From contig CAWDME010000022.1 in the NCBI GenBank assembly GCA_963803335.1, positions 8,325 through 72,324 on the forward strand: a DNA stretch of 64,000 bases, written 5' to 3'. Origin of the DNA: an uncultured Solirubrobacteraceae bacterium. Its GTDB lineage: Bacteria; Actinomycetota; Thermoleophilia; Solirubrobacterales; Solirubrobacteraceae. Made by a program: the position numbers and the translations under genes. A model generated the notes under the pieces. It was not told the DNA's origin and searched no databases. It saw only the letters and a list, made by a program, of their open reading frames with translations. Shown piece by piece: positions 45,919 to 54,596 of this stretch. Each line of letters begins with the position of its first letter. The stretch's first letter is position 1.

Positions 45919-46764
45919 CTACTCAGCGCCGGTCGCGGAGACGACGGCGACCGCCGTGCCCCACGGGTCGCGCGCGAGGAAGCCGCCGTCGAACGGCTCC
46001 GTGTCGTCGAGCCGCTCGCGCACGGCCTCCACGTCGGCCGCGGTCGGCAGCTGCACGGTCCAGCGCACGAGGCCGGCTCGATGTGGCGGCGCGCCCGGCA
46101 CGCCCTTGCCGCGCCAGGTGTTGAAGCCGAGGTGATGGTGGTAGCCGCCGGCGCTCACGAACGCGGCCGAGTCGGCGATCTGCGCCTTCTCCTCGAAGCC
46201 GATCGCGTCGCGGTAGAAGCGCAGGCCCTCGTCGATGTCGCCGACGTGCAGGTGCACGTGGCCCATCCGCAGCCCGGGCCCGACCTGCGGCGTCACGTCC
46301 TCGCCGGCCACGCTCGCGAGCAGGTCGTCGATATCGAGCGGCTTCGGACCGCCGGCGTAGCCGAGGTGATCCGGCCACTGGTCGCGCGGCCGGTCCGCAG
46401 CCAGCTCGATCCCGTTGCCGTCGATGTCGGGGAGGTAGATCGCCTCGTGCGTCTCGTGGTCGGACGCGCCGTCGATCGGCGTGCGTGTGGCGGCAATCCG
46501 CAGCACGGCTCGCGCCAGCTCCTCGCGGCTCGGGTACAGCAGCGCGTAGTGGTAGAGGCCGGCGTGGCGGCCGGCCGGGAGCGCCTGCGGGTCCTCGTGC
46601 AGGACCACCGACGTCTCGTTCCCGTCGCCCAGCTCGGCGATGTCGGCCTCGTGGCGGTGCACGCGCAGGCCCAGCGACTGCTGATACCAGGCGACGGCGC
46701 GGTCGAGGTCGCGGACGGTGAGGTGGACCTCGCCGAGTCGGAGATCGTCGGGCAGCAGGCTCAT
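45919..46764 (-). CDS. Two-domain VOC (glyoxalase / extradiol dioxygenase-like) protein
   Basis: ATG 46764. Domain 1 LGEVHLTVRDLDRAVAWYQQSLGL..HYALLYP..HEAIYLPDIDGNGIEL. Domain 2 MGHVHLHVGDIDEGLRFYRDAIGF..GYHHHLGFN. Confidence 0.8.
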   Translation of the reverse strand: MSLLPDDLRLGEVHLTVRDLDRAVAWYQQSLGLRVHRHEADIAELGDGNETSVVLHEDPQALPAGRHAGLYHYALLYPSREELARAVLRIAATRTPIDGASDHETHEAIYLPDIDGNGIELAADRPRDQWPDHLGYAGGPKPLDIDDLLASVAGEDVTPQVGPGLRMGHVHLHVGDIDEGLRFYRDAIGFEEKAQIADSAAFVSAGGYHHHLGFNTWRGKGVPGAPPHRAGLVRWTVQLPTAADVEAVRERLDDTEPFDGGFLARDPWGTAVAVVSATGAE

Positions 46765-46780
46765 GGTTGCTCTCGCAACC
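46765..46780. promoter_or_regulatory. Inverted repeat GGTTGC-TCTC-GCAACC in the divergent VOC/GNAT spacer
   Basis: Read directly. It abuts the VOC start codon and lies 4-28 nt upstream of the candidate GNAT starts. Confidence 0.25.
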
Positions 46781-46783
46781 AGT

Positions 46784-47983
46784 ATGACGTGCGCAACGAT
46801 GTCGCCCATGGACCTGCGCGAGCTGACCGTCGACGATCTCCCGGCCGCGTGGGAGCTGACGCGGATCGCGTTCGGCTCCGAGCGCGAGCCGCCGCCGGGC
46901 TGGCTGATTGAGCAGCCCGATCGCATCAACTGGGGGATCTTCGACGGCGAGCGGCTCGTCGCGCGCGCGATCGACCGCCACCAGGCTCACTGGTTCGGGG
47001 GTCGGCTCATCCCGGCCTGCGGCGTCGGGGGCGTGGTCGTGATCCCCGAGCTGCGCGGCCGCGGGCTCGCGCGCACCGTGCTCACGCGGCTGCTGCACCA
47101 CGGGCGCGACCGCGGCGCGCTGATCGCGACGCTGTTCCGTACAGCGCCCGGCCCCTACCGGCGGCTCGGGTTCGAGGAGGTGGGGACGATGACGAAGGTC
47201 GCCGTGCCCGCGTCCGCGCTCGCCGCCGTCGCGATGCCCGCCGACGTGACGCTGCGGCCCGCCGAGTCGGGCGATGCGCCCGCCGTGCAGGAGGTCTACC
47301 GGACCCTGGCGCGTGCCTCAGCCGGCTGGATCGAGCGCAGCGAGCCGACGTTCCGGACGTCGCCGGAGGCCGTGCTCACGCGGCACGACGGCCTGTCCGT
47401 TGCGGTCGCCCCGGACGGGAGCGTCGACGGCTACGCCGCGTGGGACCGCGCGCCGGGTTACGACGCGTCCGGCCGCGTGTCGGTGAGCGACCTGATGGGG
47501 CTGACCGCGCCGGCCACCACCGCGCTGCTGGCGATGCCCGGGAGCTGGCAGAGCGTGGCGCCGACGATCACGCTGACGATCCCCGAGCCCGACCCGGCGT
47601 CGCTGCTCGCGCCGTTCGTCGGCGCGCGTGTGGAGTCGCGCGAGGTGTGGATGCTGCGGCTGCTCGACGCGGCCGGCGCCGTCGCCGCGCGCGGCTGGCC
47701 GCCGCACCTGTCCGGGAGCGTCGACCTCGAGATCGAGGACGACGTGTGCCCATGGAACGCCGGCCCGCACCGGCTCGTGCTCCACGGCGGGTCGGGGCGA
47801 CTGGAGCCGGGCGGCAGCGGTGCTGTGCGCCTCACCGCCCGCGGCTTCGCCGTGCTCTACGCCGGCGGCGCCGGCCCAGCGGTCCTGCGCCGAGCCGGGC
47901 TCTTGGAGTGCGACGCCGGCGCCGACTCGTTCCTGGCGGCGGCGAGCGCGGGCCCGCCGCCGTCGCTGCTCGACTACTTCTAG
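46784..47983 (+). CDS. Eis-like GNAT acetyltransferase with C-terminal SCP2-like domain
   Basis: MDLRELTVDDLPAAWELTRIAFG, acetyl-CoA site GVGGVVVIPELRGRGLARTVL, second GNAT-like half, C-terminal LTARGFAVLYAGG. In-frame ATGs at 46784, 46799 and 46808; which one is used is unclear. Confidence 0.75.
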   Translation: MTCATMSPMDLRELTVDDLPAAWELTRIAFGSEREPPPGWLIEQPDRINWGIFDGERLVARAIDRHQAHWFGGRLIPACGVGGVVVIPELRGRGLARTVLTRLLHHGRDRGALIATLFRTAPGPYRRLGFEEVGTMTKVAVPASALAAVAMPADVTLRPAESGDAPAVQEVYRTLARASAGWIERSEPTFRTSPEAVLTRHDGLSVAVAPDGSVDGYAAWDRAPGYDASGRVSVSDLMGLTAPATTALLAMPGSWQSVAPTITLTIPEPDPASLLAPFVGARVESREVWMLRLLDAAGAVAARGWPPHLSGSVDLEIEDDVCPWNAGPHRLVLHGGSGRLEPGGSGAVRLTARGFAVLYAGGAGPAVLRRAGLLECDAGADSFLAAASAGPPPSLLDYF

Positions 47984-48483
47984 AAGATCTCCGGCGGTGG
48001 GCCGGTTTCCGGTTCGGTGAAGCGCGCGTACGGCGTGTCGGTCTCGTGGTCGACCCCGGCGCCGTGCTGGACGGCCACCTGGTCGACCGGGTAGCGCGCC
48101 GAGCCCTTCTCCTTGCGCGCCCCGACGGCGAGCACGAGCGCCGGCTCGTCGCCGGCGCCGACGATCGTGTGCGGCGTCCGCGACGGGCAGTGCAGCAGGT
48201 CCCAGGCGGCGAGCGGACGCTCCTCGCCCTCGACGATCGCCAGCGCCTGCCCCCGCAGCACGAGGAAGTCCTCCTGGCCGGCCTCGTGGTGGTACATCGA
48301 CATCGGTTGCCCGGGCTGCAGCCAGTACAGGCCGATCCCGAGGTCGTCGAAATGCGCCTCGCCCTGCCCGCCGAACCGGCACATCGAGCGCATGTCGTTG
48401 TGCGTCCACGGCGCGTCGCGCGCGTTGACCACGAACCAGCCCGCCGTCTGCGGGACCCCGCCCTCCAGCCGTGCCTCCGCCAT
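47980..48483 (-). CDS. Cupin domain protein
   Basis: 167 aa. LYWLQPGQPMSMYHHEAGQEDFLVLRG..LLHCPSRTPHTIVG cupin motifs. Its stop shares a CTAG with the convergent GNAT gene. Confidence 0.75.
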   Translation of the reverse strand: MAEARLEGGVPQTAGWFVVNARDAPWTHNDMRSMCRFGGQGEAHFDDLGIGLYWLQPGQPMSMYHHEAGQEDFLVLRGQALAIVEGEERPLAAWDLLHCPSRTPHTIVGAGDEPALVLAVGARKEKGSARYPVDQVAVQHGAGVDHETDTPYARFTEPETGPPPEIF

Positions 48484-48517
48484 CTGCGCCTCCTCGCGTC
48501 GTTCGTACGCTCTCGGA

Positions 48518-48991
48518 ATGGATTCTGAACGGCAACTCGCTGATCTGTGGGACGCGCTCGATCAGCTCGGCGCAGCAGAGTTCCGCGCGCGGATCGACCG
48601 GCTGGCAGAGCAGCTGCCGCCGGCGCGAGCGGCGTTCGAGCGCGCCTGCGCGTTCGACTCCACCGGGCATCCCGACAAGGCGGTGCCGCTGTACCGCGAG
48701 GCGCTCGAACAGGGTCTCGAGGGGCTGAACCGGCGCCGCGCGGTGATCCAGCTCTCGAGCTCGCTGCGCAACCTCGGCCAGGCGCAAGCGAGCGTGGCGA
48801 TGCTGCGCGCCGAGCGCGACACCGGCTCGGACGAGCTCGATGACGCGGTCAGCGCGTTCCTGGCGCTCGCGCTGGTCGACACCGGCCAGGCGCGCGAGGC
48901 GGTATCGCTCGTGCTGGAGGCGCTGGCGCCGCACCTGCCGCGCTATCAGCGGTCGGTCACCAACTACGCGCAGGACATCAACGAGGAGTGA
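48518..48991 (+). CDS. Small helical (tetratricopeptide-like) protein
   Basis: ATG 48518. HPDKAVPLYREALEQGLEG..LSSSLRNLGQAQASVAML..ALALVDTGQAREAVSLVLEAL is a TPR-like helix-pair periodicity. The N-terminal 135 codons of the track ORF are rejected because they are antisense to the cupin. Confidence 0.55.
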   Translation: MDSERQLADLWDALDQLGAAEFRARIDRLAEQLPPARAAFERACAFDSTGHPDKAVPLYREALEQGLEGLNRRRAVIQLSSSLRNLGQAQASVAMLRAERDTGSDELDDAVSAFLALALVDTGQAREAVSLVLEALAPHLPRYQRSVTNYAQDINEE

Positions 48992-50630
48992 GCGACACCG
49001 CCGCGCCGCCGTTGCGGGCGACGCGGATGCGCACCGTGTCCGCGGCGGTCACGGTGCGGTCCGTCGCGGCCAGGTCGTCGCCGATGACGCGCGCGTCGTA
49101 GCCGCCCGCGGCGAGGAAGCGCAGCGGGATCTTCAGCATGCGCGGTGGCCCGGCACTGAGCGCGCCGACGTACCAGCGGGCGCCGGTGCGCCGGGCGAGC
49201 ACGACGTAGCGGTCGGGGCGCCCGGCGACGAGCCGCGTGTCGTCCCACGCGGCGGGCACGGCGGCGAGCAGCGCGGTGGCCGTCGGGTAGCGCGCATAGC
49301 TCTCCGGCGAGTCGGCGTAGTGCTGCAGGCCGGACTGGTAGACGATGCTCATCGCGAGCTCGTGGCCGGCCGTCGTCACACGATTGCGGGCCGAGAACGT
49401 CACGGGCGTGTAGTCCATCGGGCCGACGACGTTGCGCGTGAACGCGACGTCGACGTTGTTGCGCGGGCTCGAGGGCGTGCCGTCGCGCTCGTACTCGGCG
49501 CCGCGCACCGCCTCGAGCGCGAGCACGTTCGGCCACGTGCGCTGCAACCCGCGGGGGATCGTGCAGCCGTGGAAGTCCACCACCATGTGCCGCTGCGCGG
49601 CCGCGCGCGCGATGTCCTCCATCACCGCCATGCGGCGCCCGCTGTCGGACTGCAGGTAGTCGACCTTGACGCCGGCGATGCCCCAGCTCGCCCACCGGTC
49701 GAGCGCCGCGGCGCGCTGGTGCGGGTCGGCGAGCGCGTGCCAGTCGGTCCACAGCAGCAGCCGGACGTTGCGCGCCGCCGCGTAGGCCTCCAGCTCGGGG
49801 ATCCAGGCCGGGTCCCAGCCCGCGTCGACCGTCGTGTACTCGAAGCCCTCGGCTGCCGCGAAGTCGACGTACTGCTCCTGGCGCGCGAGGCTGCGCGTGC
49901 TCGCCGCGTCCGTCCACCACGACCACGCCGCGCGGCCGGGGAGGATCCAGCTCGTGTCGGCGATCTGCGAAGGCCGGCCGAGCGCGAGCGCGAGGTCCGA
50001 GTCGACGACCGTCGCCAGGCTCCCGATCAGCGCCACGCGCCAGGCGCGCGAGCGTCCTTCGACGGCGAGCCGCCCGCCGCGGACGCGCAGGTGCGCGCCG
50101 GGGGCGCCGTACGGCAGGCCGGACTCGATCAGCAGGGCCCAGGCCCCGTGTGTCGCGAGCAGCGCCGGGAACCCGTAGCGGCGCGGCGGCGCGGCACGCA
50201 GGCGGGTTGCCGAGTAGCGGTTCTCGTAGACGCTGCTGTACGGCTGCAGCCACGCCCGCGCGCCACCGCCGGCGCGCCAGACGGCGCGGTGCGATCGCCG
50301 GAAGGCGACGCCGTCGTCGGCCACGAGCACCTCGAGGCCGCCGACCGTCAGCGTGCGCGCGTCGAGCGCGTGCGTGCGGCGCTTGCCGGCCGGCGTCGTG
50401 AACCGCTCGCGCAGGCGCCCGCGGTGCACGCGTGTGTGGGCGTGTAGCCGTCCGAGGTCCGCGGTCAGCACCGTCCGGCCGCGGCGGTGAGCGGTCAGCG
50501 TGGCGCCGCCGCGGTTGACGGTGACTATCGCCGCGATCGTGCGGTCGGGTGAGCGCACGGTCCACGCCTGCGCCGGCGCGGCCATGAGCAGCACGCCGGC
50601 CGCCGTCGCGAGCCCCTGCCTGAAGAGCAC
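48978..50630 (-). CDS. Secreted glycoside hydrolase family 97-like (alpha-glucosidase/galactosidase type)
   Basis: Signal peptide MLFRQGLATAAGVLLMAAPAQA. N-domain TTPAGKRRTHALDARTL..VLVADDGVAFR. Catalytic barrel FEYTTVDAGWD, WGIAGVKVDYLQSD, VVDFHGCTIPRGLQRTWPNVLALEAVRGAEY, VVGPMDYTPV. 550 aa, compact for the family. Confidence 0.8.
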   Translation of the reverse strand: MLFRQGLATAAGVLLMAAPAQAWTVRSPDRTIAAIVTVNRGGATLTAHRRGRTVLTADLGRLHAHTRVHRGRLRERFTTPAGKRRTHALDARTLTVGGLEVLVADDGVAFRRSHRAVWRAGGGARAWLQPYSSVYENRYSATRLRAAPPRRYGFPALLATHGAWALLIESGLPYGAPGAHLRVRGGRLAVEGRSRAWRVALIGSLATVVDSDLALALGRPSQIADTSWILPGRAAWSWWTDAASTRSLARQEQYVDFAAAEGFEYTTVDAGWDPAWIPELEAYAAARNVRLLLWTDWHALADPHQRAAALDRWASWGIAGVKVDYLQSDSGRRMAVMEDIARAAAQRHMVVDFHGCTIPRGLQRTWPNVLALEAVRGAEYERDGTPSSPRNNVDVAFTRNVVGPMDYTPVTFSARNRVTTAGHELAMSIVYQSGLQHYADSPESYARYPTATALLAAVPAAWDDTRLVAGRPDRYVVLARRTGARWYVGALSAGPPRMLKIPLRFLAAGGYDARVIGDDLAATDRTVTAADTVRIRVARNGGAAVSLTPR

Positions 50631-50708
50631 GCCCTAGACGGTAGCTCGGCAGATGTTCAGGGCTAGCACTCTGGACCTGCCGCGCGGCGATACGAGAGCA
50701 TCACGCCC

Positions 50709-52706
50709 ATGCTGCGACCGATCGCGTGGATCATCGCCGCCGTTGCGTTGGCGACGGCGATCGCCACGGTGGTCGTGAACCTGGTCGCGGACGGGCGCGG
50801 TGCGCACAACTCGCTCAACACAGCGTCGGCGGTCCTGTTCGTGATCTCGGTCGCCGTGCCCGCAGCGGTCGGGCTCTTCGTCGCGCTGCGGCAGCCGGGC
50901 AACCGGATCGCGTGGATCCTGCTCGTCGGCCCGCTGGCGGTCGCCGTGGTGCTGGGCGCGGACGCCGTCGCGAACCTCGCGCTGCACGGCGACCGGGATT
51001 CGGCGACCGGTCGCTGGGCACTGCTCGTGGCCCAGCAATGGCCGGTCCTCTTCCTGTGGCCGCTCGCGATCGCATACGTGTACCCCGACGGGCGCTTGCC
51101 GTCGCCGCGCTGGCGACCGGTCGCCTGGCTCGTGTGCTTCGCCTGCGCCGGCCTCGTGACCATGCTCGTGTTCGTCCCCGAGGTCGAGACCTCCTATGGC
51201 GACACGCTCGCGAGCCCGATGCCGTTCACCTTGTCGAAGCGCCTCGAGCCCGTCTTCTGGGTCTTCTGGGCCGGCCTGCTGCTGTCGCTGATCGGCGGTG
51301 CGGTGGCGCTCTACGCGCGGTACCGCGCGGGCGACCACCAGCGCCGGCGGCAGGTGCTGTGGCTCGCGTACGGCGCCGTCCTCGTGCCGCTCTGGCTGGG
51401 CGGCGGCTCGCTGATCGCGGTGATCTTCGGCTCGTTCGACCCCGTCGACTTCTTCGGCCTGATGGTGCTGCAGGTCTGGCCCGCGGTCGCCGTCGCGGTC
51501 GCGGTCACGCGACACGGGCTCTACTCGATCGACCGCGTGCTCAACCGCACGCTCGTCTACGCGGTCCTGACGGCGCTGATCGTGGGCACGTACGCGCTCG
51601 TCGCGCTGCTCGCCGGCCTCGTCGTCGGCGGCTCGGCGCTCACGGCCGCAATCGCGACGCTGGCCGCCGCGCTCGCGTTCCGGCCGCTGCACGACCGCAT
51701 CCAGCGCCTCGTCGACCGTCGCTTCGCGCGCGCACGCTTCGATGCCGTGCAGCTCCTGCGCGACTTCCTCGACGAGGTCCGCGACGGCCACGCCGAGCCC
51801 GAGGACGTGGGGGCGGCCGTGGCGCTCGCGCTCCAGGACCCGACGGCCGAGGTCATCTTCCGGCTGCCCGAGACGGGCGCCTACGCGAACCAGCTCGGGC
51901 ATGTGCTCGACGCGCTGCCGGCCGACGGGCGCTCGCGCGCCGTGATCGGGCGCGACGATCGCGAGCTCGGCGTGCTCCTGCATGCGCCCGCACTCGCCGA
52001 GCGGCCCGACCTGGTGCGCGCGGTGATCGACGCGGCCGCCGTGCCGGTCGAGCTCGCGCGGCTGCGGGTGGAGCTGCGGCTGCAGCTCGCCGAGGTCGAG
52101 TCCTCGCGCGCCCGGATCGCGCAGGCCGGCTACGCCGAGCGGCGCCGGATCGAGCGCGATCTGCACGACGGCGCGCAGCAGCGCCTCGTCACGCTCGGCA
52201 TCGTGCTCCGCCGCATCCAGCGCTCGCTGCCGCGCGACGCGATCGCCATCGACCCCGCGCTCGACGCGGCCGTGGACGAGGTCACGGCCGCGATCGCCGA
52301 CCTGCGCACGATCGCGGCCGGCGTGCGGCCGCCGCGGCTCGACGAAGGGCTCGGCGCCGCGCTCGCCGACCTCGCGCGCGCGTCCGCCGTGCCGGTGGAG
52401 GTGTCGGCGACCGAGGATCGCGCGCCGCCGGAGGTCGAGGCCGCGGCCTACTTCGTCGCCTGCGAGGCGCTCACCAACGCGATCAAGCACGCCTCGCCGA
52501 CGCGCATCGTCGTCGAGACCGCGCGCGAGGCCGGCGTGCTGCGCCTCGTCGTAGCCGACGACGGGGTCGGCGGTGCGGTGACGCGTGACGGGACCGGCCT
52601 GCCCGGCATGGCCGACCGGGTTGCCGCGCACGGCGGCACGCTTGCGATCGACAGCCCGCCGGGAGTGGGAACCCGGATCGCGGTACAGCTGCCATGCGCG
52701 TCGTGA
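50709..52706 (+). CDS. Sensor histidine kinase, HisKA_3/NarL-partner type, with a large polytopic N-terminal sensor
   Basis: About 10 TM stretches in the first 330 aa. H-box [19 protein letters not shown]-box [13 protein letters not shown]-boxes VADDGVGG and [14 protein letters not shown]. Confidence 0.9.
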   Translation: MLRPIAWIIAAVALATAIATVVVNLVADGRGAHNSLNTASAVLFVISVAVPAAVGLFVALRQPGNRIAWILLVGPLAVAVVLGADAVANLALHGDRDSATGRWALLVAQQWPVLFLWPLAIAYVYPDGRLPSPRWRPVAWLVCFACAGLVTMLVFVPEVETSYGDTLASPMPFTLSKRLEPVFWVFWAGLLLSLIGGAVALYARYRAGDHQRRRQVLWLAYGAVLVPLWLGGGSLIAVIFGSFDPVDFFGLMVLQVWPAVAVAVAVTRHGLYSIDRVLNRTLVYAVLTALIVGTYALVALLAGLVVGGSALTAAIATLAAALAFRPLHDRIQRLVDRRFARARFDAVQLLRDFLDEVRDGHAEPEDVGAAVALALQDPTAEVIFRLPETGAYANQLGHVLDALPADGRSRAVIGRDDRELGVLLHAPALAERPDLVRAVIDAAAVPVELARLRVELRLQLAEVESSRARIAQAGYAERRRIERDLHDGAQQRLVTLGIVLRRIQRSLPRDAIAIDPALDAAVDEVTAAIADLRTIAAGVRPPRLDEGLGAALADLARASAVPVEVSATEDRAPPEVEAAAYFVACEALTNAIKHASPTRIVVETAREAGVLRLVVADDGVGGAVTRDGTGLPGMADRVAAHGGTLAIDSPPGVGTRIAVQLPCAS

Positions 52707-53344
52707 TCGCCGAGGACACCGTGCTCCTGCGCGAGGGGCTTGCCGGGCTGCTCGAGGACGCCGGCCACGAGGTCGTCGGCCGTGCCGGCGACGCCGATGC
52801 GCTGCTGGCGCTGGTGAGCGAGCACGAGCCCGAGCTCGCGGTGGTCGACGTGCGGATGCCGCCCGACTACGACGACGAGGGCACGCGCGCGGCGGCCGAG
52901 ATCCGGCGCACGCATCCGGCTACCGGCGTGCTCGTGCTCTCGCAGCACATCGAGACCCGGCACATCGTCGAGCTCGTCACCGACGGTGGCGGCTTCGGCT
53001 ACCTGCTCAAGGACCGCGTGCTCGACGTCGACGACTTCCTCGACGCCGCGCGCCGCGTCGCCGACGGCGGCTCGGCGCTCGACCCGCAGGTCGTTGCCAC
53101 GCTGATCGGCGCTCCCGGCCCCGTGCGGGCCCTCGGCGAGCTGTCGCCGCGCGAGCGCGAGGTGCTGGCGCTGATGGCCGAGGGGCGCACCAACGCCGGC
53201 ATCGCGCGACGCCTGTGGCTGACCGAGAAGACGGTCGAGACGCACGTGCGCACGATCCTCATGAAGCTCGGGCTGCAGGTCAGCAACGACGACCACCGGC
53301 GCGTGCTCGCGGTGCTCGCCTACCTCCGCGCCATTAAGAGCTAG
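52694..53344 (+). CDS. NarL/LuxR family response regulator
   Basis: [16 protein letters not shown], phospho-acceptor [59 protein letters not shown]. The start overlaps the kinase 3' end by 13 nt. Confidence 0.92.
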   Translation: MRVVIAEDTVLLREGLAGLLEDAGHEVVGRAGDADALLALVSEHEPELAVVDVRMPPDYDDEGTRAAAEIRRTHPATGVLVLSQHIETRHIVELVTDGGGFGYLLKDRVLDVDDFLDAARRVADGGSALDPQVVATLIGAPGPVRALGELSPREREVLALMAEGRTNAGIARRLWLTEKTVETHVRTILMKLGLQVSNDDHRRVLAVLAYLRAIKS

Positions 53345-53419
53345 CCCTGAGAAACCGGCCGCCGAAGTCCAGGGCTGGCATCGATGTGCGGCGCCCGGCG
53401 CGAACGTAGCGTCGTCGCC

Positions 53420-53908
53420 ATGACCATCACTCGTATCCCACCCATCCGCATCGTCATCATCGCCGCCGTGGCGCTCGCTTGCGCGGCCGCGCTCTGGCCC
53501 GCCACCGGACAGGCCGCCGGCCGGACGAAGACGATCAAGATCTTCTCGCAGCTGCAGTCGATGTCCGTGACGCATCCGGACGGCACGGTCGTCGATCACC
53601 CCCCGTTCCCCGAGATGGCGCCTGGCGACGTGCTCGACGTCTACTCGCTCGACTTCATCGGGACCCACAAGCACCACGCCAAGCGCTTCGCCGGCAGCGA
53701 GCACCTGCGCTGCGTCTTCGGGACCGGCGAGCCGGACTGCACGTCGACCGTCGCGCTCGGCCGCTCGCTGCTCGTCTTCCATGGCGACAAGCTCGTCGAC
53801 GGCGCCGGCCGCTTCTTCGGCGCGACCGGCCGCGTGCTCTCCGTCAAGGAGGTCCCGGGCGGCAACGACGCCGTCGCGAAGATCAAGCTCGCCAAGCACC
53901 ACCCCTGA
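53420..53908 (+). CDS. Secreted hypothetical protein
   Basis: ATG 53420. Signal peptide-like [34 protein letters not shown]. The ~130-aa beta-rich mature part has a Cys pair (LRCVF..PDCTS). No known motif. Confidence 0.55.
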   Translation: MTITRIPPIRIVIIAAVALACAAALWPATGQAAGRTKTIKIFSQLQSMSVTHPDGTVVDHPPFPEMAPGDVLDVYSLDFIGTHKHHAKRFAGSEHLRCVFGTGEPDCTSTVALGRSLLVFHGDKLVDGAGRFFGATGRVLSVKEVPGGNDAVAKIKLAKHHP

Positions 53909-53920
53909 TCCCCGGGCCGT

Positions 53921-53959
53921 GGAGCCGGGCGGCGGCCTCCCTTCCGCCGCCCGGGCTCC
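53921..53959 (+). terminator. Strong GC hairpin after the 53420..53908 gene
   Basis: GGAGCCGGGCGGCGG-CCTCCCTT-CCGCCGCCCGGGCTCC: 15 bp with one bulged G, beginning 13 nt after the stop. Confidence 0.6.
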
Positions 53960-54019
53960 GTTCCTCGTCAGCCTCCGTGACTGACCGAGGTCCGCCTGGG
54001 TTCATCGCTGGGGAACGGT

Positions 54020-54089
54020 GAAAACGGCGGGCAGGACGTGCGCGCACCACCTCTCTCTCGGCGCAACGCAAAGAGAGCACCTGCCCGCC
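54020..54089 (-). terminator. Composite hairpin followed (on the minus strand) by GUUUUC; candidate terminator of the minus-strand transcript
   Basis: GGCGGGCAGG (54026-54035) pairs perfectly with CCTGCCCGCC (54080-54089). Inner GTGC/GCAC and CTCTCT/AGAGAG stems. The minus-strand reading continues GTTTTCACCGTT. Confidence 0.45.
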
Positions 54090-54140
54090 TTCCGGAGGGT
54101 GCCCCGGCGACCTTGGAGATTTCTTGGCGCTTTCTTGGTT

Positions 54141-54308
54141 AGATGACTGATCCCGCGACCCACGCACCCGCCTGGGCGCGTCCCGCGGCGCAGGATCGGC
54201 ACCCACTGAATCGGCCCGTGGCTCCGCCACTGTGCCGATCGCGCGAGCACCGCCCTGCATCCACGGTCCGCGGCCATGCGGGCACGCGGGCCGCGGGATC
54301 AGTCATCT
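54141..54308. repeat. 168-nt element bounded by a perfect 17-bp inverted repeat (AGATGACTGATCCCGCG / CGCGGGATCAGTCATCT) that extends imperfectly to ~48 positions
   Basis: Read directly. Left arm 54141-54157, right arm 54292-54308. The inner perfect 9-bp pair is GATCGGCAC/GTGCCGATC. It starts 1 nt after the stop of the minus-strand gene 54309..54587. Confidence 0.85.
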
Positions 54309-54587
54309 CTAGTCGCCGTATCGCGCCCGCCGGCCGCCGGCCCACGAGCTGAGGTCGAACACGAACGCGAGGACCACGAAGAACCACTCGAACCCAGTGA
54401 CCTGGTGGCCGGTGCCCCAGTCCCAGAAGGCGGCGTAGGAGAGGGTCGTCCAGGGGAGCAGGAAGAAGCCGAGGAACGGGACGATCCAGCTGTCGAACGC
54501 GCGGCCCAGGACGTCGCTGAAGATCCACAGCAGGAACAACGCGAGCCGCGGCGAGATCAGTGCGATGAGGGCGACGAAGCAGCCCAC
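54309..54587 (-). CDS. Small integral membrane protein (hypothetical, ~3 TM)
   Basis: 92 aa. GCFVALIALISPRLALFLLWIF, IVPFLGFFLLPWTTLSYAAFW, FEWFFVVLAFVF. GTG start 10 nt after the upstream stop. Confidence 0.6.
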   Translation of the reverse strand: MGCFVALIALISPRLALFLLWIFSDVLGRAFDSWIVPFLGFFLLPWTTLSYAAFWDWGTGHQVTGFEWFFVVLAFVFDLSSWAGGRRARYGD

Positions 54588-54596
54588 GTGCGGAGT

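Noticed and set aside
50634-52631. 665-aa minus-strand ORF mirroring the histidine kinase, plus the 620-aa plus-strand ORF at 50726..52588.
   Set aside because: Both are off-frame or antisense to the kinase, whose frame shows TM helices and H/N/G boxes. The alternatives are Arg/Pro/Gly/Asp-rich low-complexity sequences.
54141-54352. Mirror-image small ORFs starting MTDPA.. on both strands of the inverted-repeat element (69 aa on plus, 55 codons on minus). I also considered that the element is 6S RNA, a riboswitch or a MITE.
   Set aside because: The two ORFs are a by-product of the palindromic symmetry, are Arg/Ala/Pro-rich and lack an RBS. 6S RNA needs a two-sided central bubble, whereas here there is a one-sided 15-nt bulge. 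Only one copy is visible and I see no target-site duplication, so a MITE call is unsupported. It is kept as an unclassified structured element.
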